Assembly: GCA_022822745.1 (NCBI GenBank)
Contig: JAJEAO010000114.1
Span: 69,613-133,612, forward strand
Direction: 5' to 3'
DNA: 64,000 bases
From: Acidobacteriota bacterium
GTDB taxonomy: Bacteria > Acidobacteriota > Vicinamibacteria > Marinacidobacterales > Marinacidobacteraceae
Below are positions 37,187 to 48,200 of this stretch, piece by piece. A program made the translations under genes and the position numbers. Numbering within the stretch: the stretch's first letter is position 1; every line of letters begins with the position of its first letter. Below the pieces are notes generated by a model. The model was not told where the DNA came from. It was given only the letters and a program-made list of their open reading frames with translations, and searched no databases.

Positions 37187-37263
37187 CTGGTCGGGACGGC
37201 CGGATTTGAACCGACGACCACTTGCACCCCAAGCAAGTGCGCTACCAGACTGCGCCACGTCCC
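37187..37263 (-). tRNA. tRNA-Pro (anticodon GGG), CCA encoded
   Basis: Manual fold: acceptor CGGGACG/CGTCCCG, D-arm GCGC-AGTCTGGTA-GCGC, anticodon arm CTTGC-TTGGGGT-GCAAG, T-arm GTCGG-TTCAAAT-CCGGC, then ACCA. Confidence 0.9.
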
Positions 37264-37322
37264 GACGGGCGTCGAAGAGAGGGCGGGATTCTACGCCGCC
37301 GCGGGAATCCGATGCGCCCGGG

Positions 37323-37835
37323 TCAGGGGAGCCCGAGCCGCTTGCGCTCCGGGCGGGAAGCGCTGCCCCGGGCGCCACCCTTCGCTCCCGCCGGACTCTT
37401 CGTCTTCGCTCCGACCCCGACGGCGGCCGGATCGAGCAGCGCCGCGAGCCCGGCGTCGGTGGCCTCCATGATGGCCAGCGCCTCCCGGACGCCGAGGAGG
37501 AGCGCTTCCGATCGGGGCGACGACGGCGGAGGGGGCGGGGGCGGCACCGGAAACGAGGACAGCTTGCCCCGGGCGCGCTTCTTCGCCGAGAGGCGGCGCA
37601 CCGCCCCGGCGGTCGTATAGCCCTCGTGGTGGAGGAGACGCTGGATCTCCCGCACCATCTCGATGTCCGCCCGGCGGTAGAGCCGCTGTCCGGCGTCGTT
37701 CTTCTTGGGGCTGAGCGTCGGGAACTCCATCTCCCAGTGCCGCAGCGTGTAGGGCTGCACCCCGGTGATCTCGCTCACTTCCCCGATGCGGAAGAAGAGC
37801 TTGTTCGGGATCTTGAGCGGAGGCTGAGTGCTCAT
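37323..37835 (-). CDS. MerR-family transcriptional regulator
   Basis: N-terminal HTH FRIGEVSEITGVQPYTLRHWEMEF; start chosen at internal Met MSTQPPL of ORF 37323..38465. Confidence 0.7.
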   Translation of the reverse strand: MSTQPPLKIPNKLFFRIGEVSEITGVQPYTLRHWEMEFPTLSPKKNDAGQRLYRRADIEMVREIQRLLHHEGYTTAGAVRRLSAKKRARGKLSSFPVPPPPPPPSSPRSEALLLGVREALAIMEATDAGLAALLDPAAVGVGAKTKSPAGAKGGARGSASRPERKRLGLP

Positions 37836-37930
37836 GCTGTCGGAGGACGGGGCCCGATGGGACGCCACCCGAGCCGAGCGCGGCGTCCGATCGCTTCGAG
37901 CCGCCTGAACCGGATGCGAAGGCGGCGGAG

Positions 37931-39352
37931 TCAGGAGTCTCCGCGCGGCGTCGCGATGCGGCCCGGGGCCGATTGTATGGCAGGGGCCGCCCTCCCCCGG
38001 CGACGCGACGGGCGGCGCCCCTCCACCGACAGGCGGATCGGAACGCCGGCGAAGCCGTAGCGGCGGCGCACCGCCCCGAGCAGGTATCGCGGGTAGGTGG
38101 GGAGCAGATCCTTGCGGCGACAGTTCACGAACACCCGGAAGCGCGGCGGCGAGACCGCAGCCTGGGTGCCGTAGAGGATCTTCACTTCGCGGCCGGTCCG
38201 GGAGCGCGGAGCGAATCGGGCGGCGGCCTCCGCGAGAAAGCGGTTCACCTCGGCGGTGGCGATCCGCCGCCCCCGCTCGGCGTGGACGCCGAGGGCCGCG
38301 TTCCAGATCGCGCCGACGCCCTGGCCGGTCTTCGCCGAGATGCGGCGGACCGGAGCGTGGGCGATGTGGCGCAGGGTCTCCCGGACTTCGAGCCGGACCT
38401 CGGCCCACCGCTCGGCGCGCGACGTCACCAGGTCCCAGCGGTTGGCCAGCACCACGACGCCGCAACCGGCGTCCTCGATCCGGCGGGCGATGGCCGCGTC
38501 GGAGGTCTTCGGTCCCTCGACCGCGTCCACCAGGAGCAGCGAGACATCGGCTCGCCGGATTGCCTTCCCGGCGAGCAGGACCGCCAGCGCATCGGCCTCC
38601 TCGAAGCCGCCGGAGACGCCCCGGCGGCGGGGGCCGCGCCGGATGCCCGCCGTGTCCACCAGGACGACCGGACGACCTTCCACGACGAGGCTCTCGTCCA
38701 CCGGGTCCCGGGTGGTGCCCGGGATGGAAGACACGAGCGATCGCTCGCCCCCGACGAGGCGGTTCAGGAGGGTGGACTTCCCGGCGTTCGCGCGACCCAC
38801 GATCGCGATCCGGACCGGGGACGCCGCGGCCTCCGGCGCCGGTTCGGGGCCGGTGGCGGCGAGGATTTCGCGCAGCGCGTCGAGGAGTTCGGAGACGCCG
38901 AGCCCGTGCTCGGCGGAGATCGGCACGGGCTCTCCGAACCCGAGGCCGTGGAAATCGCTGGCGGCGGCCTCCGGATCCGACTCGGCCTTGTTCACGACCA
39001 GGAGCACCGGCGGCTGGTTCCGCGCCCGGCGAAGGAGTTCCGCGAGGTGTTCATCCGCCGTCGTGAGCCCGGCGCGCCCGTCCACGAGGAACAGGATGGC
39101 GTCGGACCCGGTGGCGGCGGCCAGCGCCAGGGCGCGGACCTCGCGGGCGAACGCATGGGTGGCGTCGTCCGCGGTGACGCCCCCGGTGTCGTGGAGCAGG
39201 AAGGTCTCGCCGCGCCATTCCACCGGCTCCTTGCGCCCGTCCCGCGTCGAGCCGGGACGCGCATGGACGATCGCCGGACGCCCGCCCACCAGCCGGTTGA
39301 AGAGCGTGGACTTCCCGACGTTGGGGCGACCGAAGAGAGCGGCGCGCTTCAC
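37931..39352 (-). CDS. der: ribosome-biogenesis GTPase Der (EngA), two tandem GTPase domains + KH-like C-terminus
   Basis: Two G-domains with [12 protein letters not shown] / [13 protein letters not shown]1 motifs, DTGG/DTAG G3 and NKAE/NRWD G4 motifs. Confidence 0.9.
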   Translation of the reverse strand: MKRAALFGRPNVGKSTLFNRLVGGRPAIVHARPGSTRDGRKEPVEWRGETFLLHDTGGVTADDATHAFAREVRALALAAATGSDAILFLVDGRAGLTTADEHLAELLRRARNQPPVLLVVNKAESDPEAAASDFHGLGFGEPVPISAEHGLGVSELLDALREILAATGPEPAPEAAASPVRIAIVGRANAGKSTLLNRLVGGERSLVSSIPGTTRDPVDESLVVEGRPVVLVDTAGIRRGPRRRGVSGGFEEADALAVLLAGKAIRRADVSLLLVDAVEGPKTSDAAIARRIEDAGCGVVVLANRWDLVTSRAERWAEVRLEVRETLRHIAHAPVRRISAKTGQGVGAIWNAALGVHAERGRRIATAEVNRFLAEAAARFAPRSRTGREVKILYGTQAAVSPPRFRVFVNCRRKDLLPTYPRYLLGAVRRRYGFAGVPIRLSVEGRRPSRRRGRAAPAIQSAPGRIATPRGDS

Positions 39353-39430
39353 TTGCTCGGGGCCGGGAGGGCCGGCGTCCCGTTGTCGAGGCCGGTGATC
39401 GCGGCGGCGGTCCCGGAGACGGGCGCGGCG

Positions 39431-39724
39431 TCACTCCCCGCCGGCGGCGCTCGAGGAAGGGATCGCCTTCAGACTGGCGCCGGGACGGAACCGCGCCACC
39501 CAGCCGGGCGGGATCGGGATCGGAGCCCCGGTGCGCGGGTTGCGCGCCATCCCGGTCTTCCGCGGCGTGACGAGGAATGTCCCGAAGCGGCGGATGACGA
39601 CCCGATTCCCGTCCACCATCGCATCGGCGACGGCGTGGAACACGGATTCGACCGCGAGACGGGCTTCGCCGCGGGTGAGTCCGGTGGCGGCGCAGGTGCG
39701 GGCAACGAGGTCGGCTTTCACCAT
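39431..39724 (-). CDS. HU/IHF-family DNA-binding protein
   Basis: [56 protein letters not shown]...[12 protein letters not shown] is canonical HU/IHF; 97 aa. It is the C-terminal end of artefactual ORF 39431..41434. Confidence 0.85.
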   Translation of the reverse strand: MVKADLVARTCAATGLTRGEARLAVESVFHAVADAMVDGNRVVIRRFGTFLVTPRKTGMARNPRTGAPIPIPPGWVARFRPGASLKAIPSSSAAGGE

Positions 39725-39790
39725 GTCGAAACGGGCGGGCATGTTACGCCAACGGCGACCCCTGCCGAACCATCGAAACTCCGTGCGAAG

Positions 39791-41077
39791 ATGATGCGTC
39801 CCACCGTGATGTCCGAGGAGCGCCCCCGGGGGCCGAAGATCGTGCTCGGCGTGACCGGTTGCATCGGGGCCTACAAGGCGCCCGAGGTCGTCCGGACGCT
39901 CCGGAAGCGCGGATTCCGAGTGCAGGTCATCCTGACCCGCGCCGCCCGGGAGTTCGTCACCCCGCTGGCGCTGGAGACGGTCTCGGGGGCGCCGGTGCTC
40001 TCCGGTCTCTTCGGCCCCGCCGGAGATGGAGGCCCGGGAGACATCCGCCACATCTCCCTCACCGAGGAGACGGATCTGCTCCTCGTGGCGCCGGCGACGG
40101 CGCACACGGTCGCCCGGATGGCCCTCGGTCTCGCCGACGACTTCCTCACCACGTTCCACCTCGCGGTCCGGGCGCCGGTGGTCGTCGCCCCGGCGATGAA
40201 CCCGAACATGCTGGAGCACCCGGCGACGAGGGCGCACCTCGAGACCCTCGCGGCGCGCGGCGTCACGGTCGTGGACCCCGGCGTCGGCGATCTCGCCTGC
40301 GGGTGGACCGGCCCCGGGCGGCTCCCCGAGCCGGAGATCCTCGCCAGTGCGGTCGAAGCGGCGCTGGCCCCGCCACCGGATCGGGATCTCGCCGGATACC
40401 GGGTCGTGGTCGCCGCCGGCCCGACGAGAGAGCCGCTGGATCCGGTGCGCTATCTCTCGAACCGGTCTTCGGGCCGCATGGGCGTCGCGCTCGCCCGAGC
40501 CGCCCGCGAGCGGGGCGCCGAGGTGACCCTGGTCCTCGGACCCACCGCCCTGGAATCTCCCGGGAACGTGCGCGAACAGCGCGTCGAGACCGCGCTCGAA
40601 ATGCGGGCCGCCGTGCTCGCCGCGGCCGACGCGGCCGACGCCTGCGTGATGGCGGCGGCGGTGAGCGACTTCCGGCCCCGGCGGGCCGCCGCCGCCAAGA
40701 TGAAGTCGGGCGGGTTCCGGGACCGGGGCGACGGAGCGGCGCTCCGCCTCGACCTGGAGCCCAATCCGGACATCCTCGCCGAGCTGGGGAGGCGGCGGCG
40801 ACCCGGCGGCCATCCCCGGGTCCTGGTCGGATTCGCGGCCGAGACCGAGGATCCGGCGCCCGAGGCGAAGCGGAAACTGGCCGCGAAGGGGTGCGACCTG
40901 ATCGTCGGCAACCGCGTCGGGCCGGGTCTCGTGTTCGGAAGCGACCGGACCGAGGCCGTGCTCGTCGAGGCGCGCGGAGACGGCCCGCCGCTCGTGACGC
41001 CCCGCCCGCCCGAATCGAAGCGGGATCTGGCCGACGCGGTGTGGTCGGCGGTGGCGCGACGGCTCCGGGGTTCGTGA
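39791..41077 (+). CDS. coaBC: bifunctional phosphopantothenoylcysteine decarboxylase / phosphopantothenate-cysteine ligase CoaBC (Dfp)
   Basis: N-terminal flavoprotein domain ([17 protein letters not shown]) and C-terminal CoaB domain (...[27 protein letters not shown]...); alternative start at 39809. Confidence 0.85.
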   Translation: MMRPTVMSEERPRGPKIVLGVTGCIGAYKAPEVVRTLRKRGFRVQVILTRAAREFVTPLALETVSGAPVLSGLFGPAGDGGPGDIRHISLTEETDLLLVAPATAHTVARMALGLADDFLTTFHLAVRAPVVVAPAMNPNMLEHPATRAHLETLAARGVTVVDPGVGDLACGWTGPGRLPEPEILASAVEAALAPPPDRDLAGYRVVVAAGPTREPLDPVRYLSNRSSGRMGVALARAARERGAEVTLVLGPTALESPGNVREQRVETALEMRAAVLAAADAADACVMAAAVSDFRPRRAAAAKMKSGGFRDRGDGAALRLDLEPNPDILAELGRRRRPGGHPRVLVGFAAETEDPAPEAKRKLAAKGCDLIVGNRVGPGLVFGSDRTEAVLVEARGDGPPLVTPRPPESKRDLADAVWSAVARRLRGS

Positions 41078-41090
41078 GCGGGGCGGCGTC

Positions 41091-41774
41091 TTGCCAGCAG
41101 ATCTGAGGGAGCAACGGCTGGCGCGGCTCCGCCTGCTGCGGTCGTTCACCTCCTTCGCCGCTCCCGCGCCGCGGCCGGAGGTCGCCGCGCTGGCCGCCAT
41201 CGAAGCGGAGCTCGACGGCTGCACCCGCTGCCGGCTCTCGGAGAAGCGCCAGACGATCGTGTTCGGCGTCGGCCGGCCCGACGCGGATCTCATGTTCATC
41301 GGAGAAGGTCCAGGCGCGGAAGAGGATCGGCGGGGCGAGCCGTTCGTGGGCCGCGCCGGGAAGCTCCTCGACCGCCTTCTCGACGATGTGCTCGGCATCC
41401 GCCGCGACGCGGTGTACATCGCGAACATCGTCAAGTGCCGACCGCCCGGGAACCGGAATCCGCAGGCGGACGAAGTGGCGACCTGTCTCCCGTTCCTGGA
41501 GCGTCAGATCGCCGCGGTGCAGCCGAAGGCGCTCTGCCTCCTCGGAGGCGTGGCTCTCACCGCGCTCTTCCCCGATGTGCGGGGGATCGGCGCCGAGCGC
41601 GGCAACGTGCGCACTTTCGCCGGAACCCCGGTCGTCCCGACCTACCACCCGGCGTACCTGCTGCGCCTCTCCGGCGCCGGAGGCGAGCGGCAGCGGGCGA
41701 GAGTGGCGGACGACCTGCGCCTCGCCTGGAAGTTCGTGGAGGAGACCGGGGCCGCCGCCCCGACCCGGCGGTGA
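41091..41774 (+). CDS. uracil-DNA glycosylase, family 4 (Fe-S type)
   Basis: CTRCRL Fe-S cysteines, GEGPG motif and ...ANIVKCRPP...; start codon uncertain (TTG at 41091). Confidence 0.8.
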   Translation: MPADLREQRLARLRLLRSFTSFAAPAPRPEVAALAAIEAELDGCTRCRLSEKRQTIVFGVGRPDADLMFIGEGPGAEEDRRGEPFVGRAGKLLDRLLDDVLGIRRDAVYIANIVKCRPPGNRNPQADEVATCLPFLERQIAAVQPKALCLLGGVALTALFPDVRGIGAERGNVRTFAGTPVVPTYHPAYLLRLSGAGGERQRARVADDLRLAWKFVEETGAAAPTRR

Positions 41775-44011
41775 GCGATCCGCCGCTCGTCGAGGTGGCG
41801 GTGGCGCGCCCGGCGCCGCGGACCTTCACCTACCGGACGCCGCCGGAGATGGTGGCGCCGGGGGAGACGACGCTGCCCCCGGGAGCGCGGGTGGAGGCGC
41901 CGCTCGGCCGATCCAGAGTGCGGGGCGTCGTCCTCGGGCCGGGGACTTTTTCCGGCGATGCCGGCGCGCTGAAGCCGCTTCTTTCACGACCGGAGGATCC
42001 GCTCCCCGCGCTGCCGGCGGATCTGCTGTCGCTCGGTCGCTGGGTGGCCGCCGAGACGGTCTGCTCCCTCGGGCTCGCGCTCGACGCCATGGCGCCGCCC
42101 GCAGGCTCCGCCTCCGCCCGGAAGCTGCTCTGCGCCCGGATCACCGCCGAAGGGATCGCCCGGCTCGCCGAGCCGGACGCGACCCCGGCGGCGGCGCGGC
42201 TGTCCGGGGATGACCGGCGGATCCTGACCCTGCTCGCGCTCTCGGAGGGCGCGGTGCCGCTGGTCCGCATCCGCGGGGAGCTGGAGCTTCCGCGGGGCCG
42301 CAGCTTCTCCCGACTGGCGCGCGAGAGCTTCCTCGACATCCGGCGGGAGTCCGCCGGGCTCGCGCCGCCGCCGGCGCCGAAGCAACGATCCGCGCCACCC
42401 GAGCTGAACCGGGAGCAGCGGACGGCCGCGGACGCGCTCCGGGCCGCCCTCGCGTCGCGGGAGTTCGGCGGGTTCCTGCTCCACGGCGTGACCGGGAGCG
42501 GCAAGACCGAGGTCTATCTGGACGCGGTGGCGGCGGCGCTGGATCAGGGCCGGAGCGCCCTGCTGCTCGTCCCCGAGATCGCGCTGACCCTCGAGATGGA
42601 GCGGCTGGTGCGGTCCCGATTCGGAACGCGGGTCGCGGTGTTCCACAGCGGCCTGACGGCGAAGCAGCGACGGGAGGCATTCTGGCGGGTCCGGAAGGGC
42701 GAGGCGCGGGTGGCTCTCGGGGCGCGCTCGGCGGTCTTCGCTCCGGTGCGTCAGCTCGGCCTCGTCGTGCTGGACGAGGAACACGACGCCGCCTACGGGC
42801 AGGACGAGGCGCCGCGCTACCACGCCCGCCGCGCGGCCTGGTTCCGGGCGCGCGCGGCCGGGGCAGTCCTGGTCCTCGGATCGGCGACGCCATCGCTCGA
42901 AGCGACGCGCGCGGCGCAGACCGGCGCGCTGCGCCGGCTCCGGCTGACCCGAAGGGTCGGGGGACGGCCGCTGGCCGCGGTGGAGCTCGTGGACATGCGG
43001 CCGGTCCTGCGCGAGCGGCGCGGACCCCGGCCGGCGGTGCTCTCTCCTCTCCTCGCCGCCGGGCTTCGGGAGGCGATCGCCGCCGGGCGCCAGGCGCTCG
43101 TCCTGCTGAACCGGAGGGGCTACCGGGCGCGGATCGTCTGCCTGCGGTGCGGGGAAGTCGCCTCCTGCGAGCGGTGCGCGCTGGCGCTCAGCCTCCACCG
43201 GCGCGGGCGTCTCGCGGTGTGCCACGGCTGCGGGCGCGGGACGCCGCCCCCCGGGTTCTGCCCCGGATGCGGGGGCGATGTGCTCCGGGCGGAAGGCGTC
43301 GGAACCGAGCGGCTCCAGGAAGCGGTGGCGGAGATTCTTCCCGACGCGAGGGTGGAGCGATTCGACCGCGACACGACCCGCGCCGCCGGTGAGCGGGCGC
43401 GGCTGCTCCGCGCCTTTCGCCGCGGCGAGATCGAGGTTCTGGTCGGAACCCAGATGATCGCCAAGGGCCTCGACTTCCCGGGGGTGGCGCTCGTCGGGGT
43501 CGTCGCCGCCGACGCCGGGCTCGGTTTTCCCGACTTCCGGGCGGCCGAACGGACGTTCCAGCTCCTGACCCAGGTCGCCGGTCGCGCCGGGAGGGGCGAG
43601 GTCGGCGGGCGGTCGGTGGTCCAGACGCTGAATCCGGAGCACTACGCGGTCCGAGCCGCCAGCGACCAGGACTACGCGGCGTTCGCGCAGACCGAGATGG
43701 AGCTGCGGGAACGGCTGGGCTACCCGCCGTTCGCGCGTCTCACCTTCGTGACCACCACAGCGCCGACGCCGCCGCTGGCGGAGCGCGAAGGGCGCGAGCT
43801 GGCGGAGTTCCTTCTCGAACGGCTCGCGCCGCGCGGAGTCGAGGTTCTCGGGCCCGCTCCCGCGCCGCCGGGCCCGGGGAAGGCGATCCACCGGCGCCAG
43901 ATCCTCCTCCGGGCGCCGCCGGCTCGGCAGCGGATCGTGCGGCGGTGGCTCCACCGGCTGCTCGGGGATCCCGTGCTCGCCCGCCGCACCGCGATCCACG
44001 CCGACCCGTAG
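41771..44011 (+). CDS. priA: primosomal protein N' (replication restart helicase PriA)
   Basis: Walker A LHGVTGSGKTEVY, Cys-rich zinc-binding insert (CLRCGEVASCERC...CHGCG...CPGCG), and helicase C-terminal motifs. GTG start overlaps the UDG stop. Confidence 0.85.
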   Translation: MSDPPLVEVAVARPAPRTFTYRTPPEMVAPGETTLPPGARVEAPLGRSRVRGVVLGPGTFSGDAGALKPLLSRPEDPLPALPADLLSLGRWVAAETVCSLGLALDAMAPPAGSASARKLLCARITAEGIARLAEPDATPAAARLSGDDRRILTLLALSEGAVPLVRIRGELELPRGRSFSRLARESFLDIRRESAGLAPPPAPKQRSAPPELNREQRTAADALRAALASREFGGFLLHGVTGSGKTEVYLDAVAAALDQGRSALLLVPEIALTLEMERLVRSRFGTRVAVFHSGLTAKQRREAFWRVRKGEARVALGARSAVFAPVRQLGLVVLDEEHDAAYGQDEAPRYHARRAAWFRARAAGAVLVLGSATPSLEATRAAQTGALRRLRLTRRVGGRPLAAVELVDMRPVLRERRGPRPAVLSPLLAAGLREAIAAGRQALVLLNRRGYRARIVCLRCGEVASCERCALALSLHRRGRLAVCHGCGRGTPPPGFCPGCGGDVLRAEGVGTERLQEAVAEILPDARVERFDRDTTRAAGERARLLRAFRRGEIEVLVGTQMIAKGLDFPGVALVGVVAADAGLGFPDFRAAERTFQLLTQVAGRAGRGEVGGRSVVQTLNPEHYAVRAASDQDYAAFAQTEMELRERLGYPPFARLTFVTTTAPTPPLAEREGRELAEFLLERLAPRGVEVLGPAPAPPGPGKAIHRRQILLRAPPARQRIVRRWLHRLLGDPVLARRTAIHADP

Positions 44012-44029
44012 TCGGGAGCGTCATGCGAA

Positions 44030-44172
44030 CCGCTCCGGCAATGTCCCGGCGCCGGCGCTCCCGTGCCGGGCGGGGCCGCTACCGCGAGAACCGGCCCGGC
44101 GCGCCGGCAATGTCCCGGCGCCGGCGTTCCCGTGCCGGGCAGGAGCCCGGCGTTCCGGCGGGCACTCCATAC
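44030..44172. repeat. REP-like intergenic repeat, copy C: direct repeat ggcaatgtcccggcgccggcg[c/t]tcccgtgccgggc (44037..44071 and 44104..44138) flanking motif M1 (44065..44101), ending cactccata
   Basis: Read directly; it shares M1 with copies A and D and the 'tccata' end with M2 copies. Confidence 0.6.
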
Positions 44173-44183
44173 TTGCGGCCGTC

Positions 44184-45194
44184 TTGCCCCGCGCGCGCCC
44201 CGAACCCGCTCCGCCGGGCGGAGCTCCCATCGCGGCGCCGGGCTGGAGGGACGCGCGCGCCGCCGCCGCCCGGCTCCGGGAGATCTTCCCACCCAGCCCC
44301 CTCGTTCGGGCCGGCGCCGGCCTCGGCTCCCACCTCCTGCTGAAGGCGGACAGCCTGCTGCCCACCCGGTCCTTCAAGGTGCGGGGGATCTGGAACGCGG
44401 TCTCCCGGCTCGACGACGACGCCGTCGCGCCCGGACTCTCGACGGTGAGCGCCGGGAACACCGCGCTCGCACTCGCGTGGGCGGCGGCGAGGCGCGGCGT
44501 CACCGCCCGCTCGCTGCTTCCCGACACCGCGCCCGCATCCAAGGTCGAGGGCTTCCGGGCCGCCGGCGGCATCCCGCGCCTCGTCCCCGTTCCGGAGCTC
44601 TTCCGCTTTCTCGCCGAACGCGAGTGGGAGCGCGAGCCGTGGGCCTTCATCCACCCCTGGATCGAGCCCGCCGTCCATCGCGGCCACGCCAGTCTCGCGG
44701 TCGAACTCCTCGAAGCCGCCCCCGACCTCGAGTCCGTGTTCATCCCGGTCGGCGGCGGAGGGCTCCTCACCGGGGTCGCCGGCGCGCTGAAGGACCGCCG
44801 CCCCGGGATCCGCGTCTTCGCGGTCGAGCCCGACGGCTGCTGCGCCCTCGCCGCGAGCCTCGAGGCCGGCTACGCGGCGAAAGCCCCGTGCTCCACGGTC
44901 TGCGACGGCGTGGCGGTCCCGTGGCTCTCGGCGGAGCTGTACCCCGCACTCTCCGATCTGGTGGACGAGACCGTGCTCGTCCCGGACCGGGAAACGCTCC
45001 GGGTCGCCCACCGGATCGAGCAGCTCCACGGACTTCGGGTGGAGCCGTCGGGGGCGCTGGCGACCGCCGGGGCGCTCCGGATCCCCGCCCGCCGCCGCGG
45101 ACTCGCCGCCGCACTCCTCACCGGCGACAACGCCCCGGCGAAGAAGCCGCCGGACGCCGGGGAGCCCCGCGTATCATCGGCCCGGGGATCCTGA
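44184..45194 (+). CDS. PLP-dependent threonine/serine dehydratase-like enzyme (tryptophan-synthase beta superfamily)
   Basis: PLP-lysine motif SFKVRG and glycine-rich loop GGGGL. Start uncertain because the TTG at 44184 abuts repeat C. Confidence 0.7.
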   Translation: MPRARPEPAPPGGAPIAAPGWRDARAAAARLREIFPPSPLVRAGAGLGSHLLLKADSLLPTRSFKVRGIWNAVSRLDDDAVAPGLSTVSAGNTALALAWAAARRGVTARSLLPDTAPASKVEGFRAAGGIPRLVPVPELFRFLAEREWEREPWAFIHPWIEPAVHRGHASLAVELLEAAPDLESVFIPVGGGGLLTGVAGALKDRRPGIRVFAVEPDGCCALAASLEAGYAAKAPCSTVCDGVAVPWLSAELYPALSDLVDETVLVPDRETLRVAHRIEQLHGLRVEPSGALATAGALRIPARRRGLAAALLTGDNAPAKKPPDAGEPRVSSARGS

Positions 45195-45217
45195 CCGCTC
45201 CTCCGGAGGTCATCCGC

Positions 45218-48200
45218 ATGCGTCGTTCTTCGCTCCTGGCCGCGACCGCGTCTCTCTTCGGGGCTCTCTTCGGGGCCCTCCTCGGCGCGGGGCTGTCGCT
45301 CGCGCAGGAAGGGGGCCGCACCGACGATTCCGGCTGGGACACCACCCTCGCGCGGGGCAATGCCTACGACCTCGTGTTCGAGACCTCGGAGGGCACCTGG
45401 ATGTCCCTCGATGTCTCCCCGGACGGATCCACGCTCGTCTTCGACCTTCTGGGGCACATCTACCGCCTGCCGGTGGAGGGGGGTCGGGCCGAATCCCTCA
45501 CCCAGGACAGCGGCGCGGCGGTGAACTACCACCCGCGGTTCTCGCCCGACGGCGCCGCGATCGCGTTCGTCTCGGACCGGGGCGGGCAGTCGAACCTGTG
45601 GCTGATGGACGGGGACGGCGGCAACCCGCGGCCGGTCCACGAGGATCCCGACTCCCGGGTCACCTCCCCGGCGTGGATGCCCGACGGGCGCGGGATCGTC
45701 GCCCGCCGATCCACCGTGGCGCCGGGCGCGCGCTCCTCCGGGCTCTTCCTGTTCCACCCCGAGGGCGGCAGCGGCGTCGAGCTGGTGGGGTCCGGCTTCT
45801 CCCGCGCCGACTGGCCGGCGCCGTCGGACCACGGAACGCTCTACTTCCAATTCGCTCCGTCCTCCGAACGCGACCTCCTCCGGGGCTCGATGCAGATCCG
45901 GGAACTGGATCTCGCCACCGGCGAGGTGCTGGACGTGACCGAGGGGCAGGCGCAGCAGCAGTACCAGGGCTCGAGCGGGAGCGCCATCGCCCCGGAGCCC
46001 TCCCCGGACGGGCGCTGGCTGGCGTTCGCCCGGCGCATCCCGGGGGGGACGATCTCGTGGAAGGGCCACCGCTACGGGCCGCGGAACGCCCTCTTCCTGC
46101 GGGATCTCCGGACCGGGGCGGAGCGGCTGGTGGCCGACCCGATCGAGATGGACGCGGCGGAGGGGATGAAGACCGAGCGGTCACTGCCCGGCTACGCCTG
46201 GGCGCCGGACAGCAGGTCGCTGTTCCTGACTCGCGGCGGGAGGATCGTCCGGGTGGACGTTGAGACGGGCGCCGCAACCGGGATCCCGTTCACCGCCGAG
46301 GTGCGGCGAAGGGTCTCCGAGCAGGCGCGGGCCGAAGTCGACATCGCCGGCGAGACCTTCCGGGCGCGCATGATCCGGTGGCCGACCGTGGCCCCCGACG
46401 GTTCGGCAGCCGTCTTCCACGCGGCGGGCCGGCTCTACCGGATGGATCTTCCCGACGGACGGCCAGAGCGGCTGATCCCGGGAAACGAACCGACGTACGA
46501 GCTCTCGCCCGCCTGGTCGCCCGACGGCGCGTGGATCGCCTACGCGACCTGGGATGACACGACCGGGCACGTGTGGAAGGTTCCGGCGGAAGGGGGCGAG
46601 CCGGTCCGGCTGACGACGACCTCCTCCGAGTACATCCACCCGGCGTGGACGCCGGACGGAGCCGCGGTCGTCGTCGCCCGGGGCACGGGCGCGCCCGCCC
46701 GGGGCCGATCGTGGTCGCAGAACCTGCGCTACGACCTGGTTCGCGTCCCGGCGGCGGGCGAGGCGGGAGGGGATCTCCAGATCGTCACCCGGACGCTCCG
46801 GCCGTTCAACGCCGGGCGGCCCCTCATGCCGCGGCGGCAGATCGTGGCGCCCTCGTTCGGGCCGGAGGGACGGCTGTTCTTCCCCGAGCAGACGAGTCGG
46901 GAGAGGAACGGACGGCGGGAAGACGTGACGAAACTGGTCTCGGTGCGCATGGACGGCTCCGACCGGCGGGTCCACCTCACCTTCCCGTGGGCGGACGAGG
47001 CCGCGCCGTCGCCGGACGGACGCCATGTCGCGTTCTCCGAGGGGGACAACGTGTACGTCACGGCGCTGCCGTGGCCCGGAACCGGCGCCGAACCGCCTCA
47101 CATCACCCGCCGCCGGGCGTCGCTGCCGGTGACGACGATCACGACCGACGGCGGCCTGTTCCCCCGCTGGACTCCGGACGGCCTGCTCCACCTCGGCAGC
47201 GGACCGCGGATCAGCACCTGGGATCCGGGAAGCGGCGAGACGGTCCACCACGAAGTGCGTCTCGACCTTCCCCGCGACCGGCCCCGCGCGGGCGGAGCGG
47301 CGCTTCTCGTCGGGGGCCGGATCGTGACGCTGGGCCCGATGGGGACCATCGAGCGGGGCAACCTGCGCATCGAGAACGGCCGGATCACCTGCGTCGGCGA
47401 ATGCCCGACGAGCTCCGGGGACCACGAGCTGGACGTCTCCGGCAAGACCCTGATCCCGGGGCTCATCGACATGCACGCCCACCACCACCGCGATCACACC
47501 GGGATCCTGCCGCGGCGGAACTGGGAGGCCGCGGTCTATCTCGCCTACGGGATCACGACGACGCTGGACAACTCGCAGTGGTCGCAGAACGTGTTCTCCG
47601 CCGCCGAGCTCGTCGAGGCAGGCGAGATGGTCGGGCCCCGCATGTTCAGCACCGGGGATCCGATGTACAACGGGGACGGGTCGCGTCAGAACGAGATCAC
47701 CAGCTTCGAGGACGCCCGGGACAACATCGAGCGGCTGACCTCGTGGGGCGCCACCGCGATCAAGTCCTACATGCAGCCGCGGCGGGACCAGCGGCAGTGG
47801 ATCGCCGACATCTCCCGCGAGCGCAAGCTGATGCTCACCGGCGAGGGGGGCAGCCTCGTTTACAACATCGGGCTCATCCTCGACGGCCAGACGGCGTGGG
47901 AGCACCCGCTGACCTATGTGCCGCTCTACGAGGACGCGGCGAAGTTCTTCGGTCGGACGAAGACGGTCTATTCGATCACCTTCGTCGTGGGCGGTCCGTC
48001 GGCGTGGAACGAGGAGTTCTTCTGGCAGGAGACCGCGAACTGGAGGGATCCCAAGCAGCAGCGCTGGCTGCCGTGGCGGATGCTGGTTCCGCACACCCGG
48101 ACGCGCCCGCTGCGCGAGGAGACCGACTACAGCTTCCCGCTGCTCGCGCAGGGCCTCGCCGACATCGTGGCGGAGGGGGGCTCGGGCGCCATCGGCTCGC

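Noticed and set aside
26877-37322. Integrase or other mobility gene near tRNA-Val / tRNA-Pro
   Set aside because: No ORF with tyrosine-recombinase (R..HxxR..Y) or serine-recombinase motifs was found in the tRNA-flanked block, so no mobile-element call was made.
43945-44343. Short ORFs translating the REP-like elements (e.g. 43945..44343 +, 54888..55208 +, 1935..2231 -)
   Set aside because: Their 'protein' sequences are translations of the palindromic repeats (Arg/Ala/Pro-rich), not genes.
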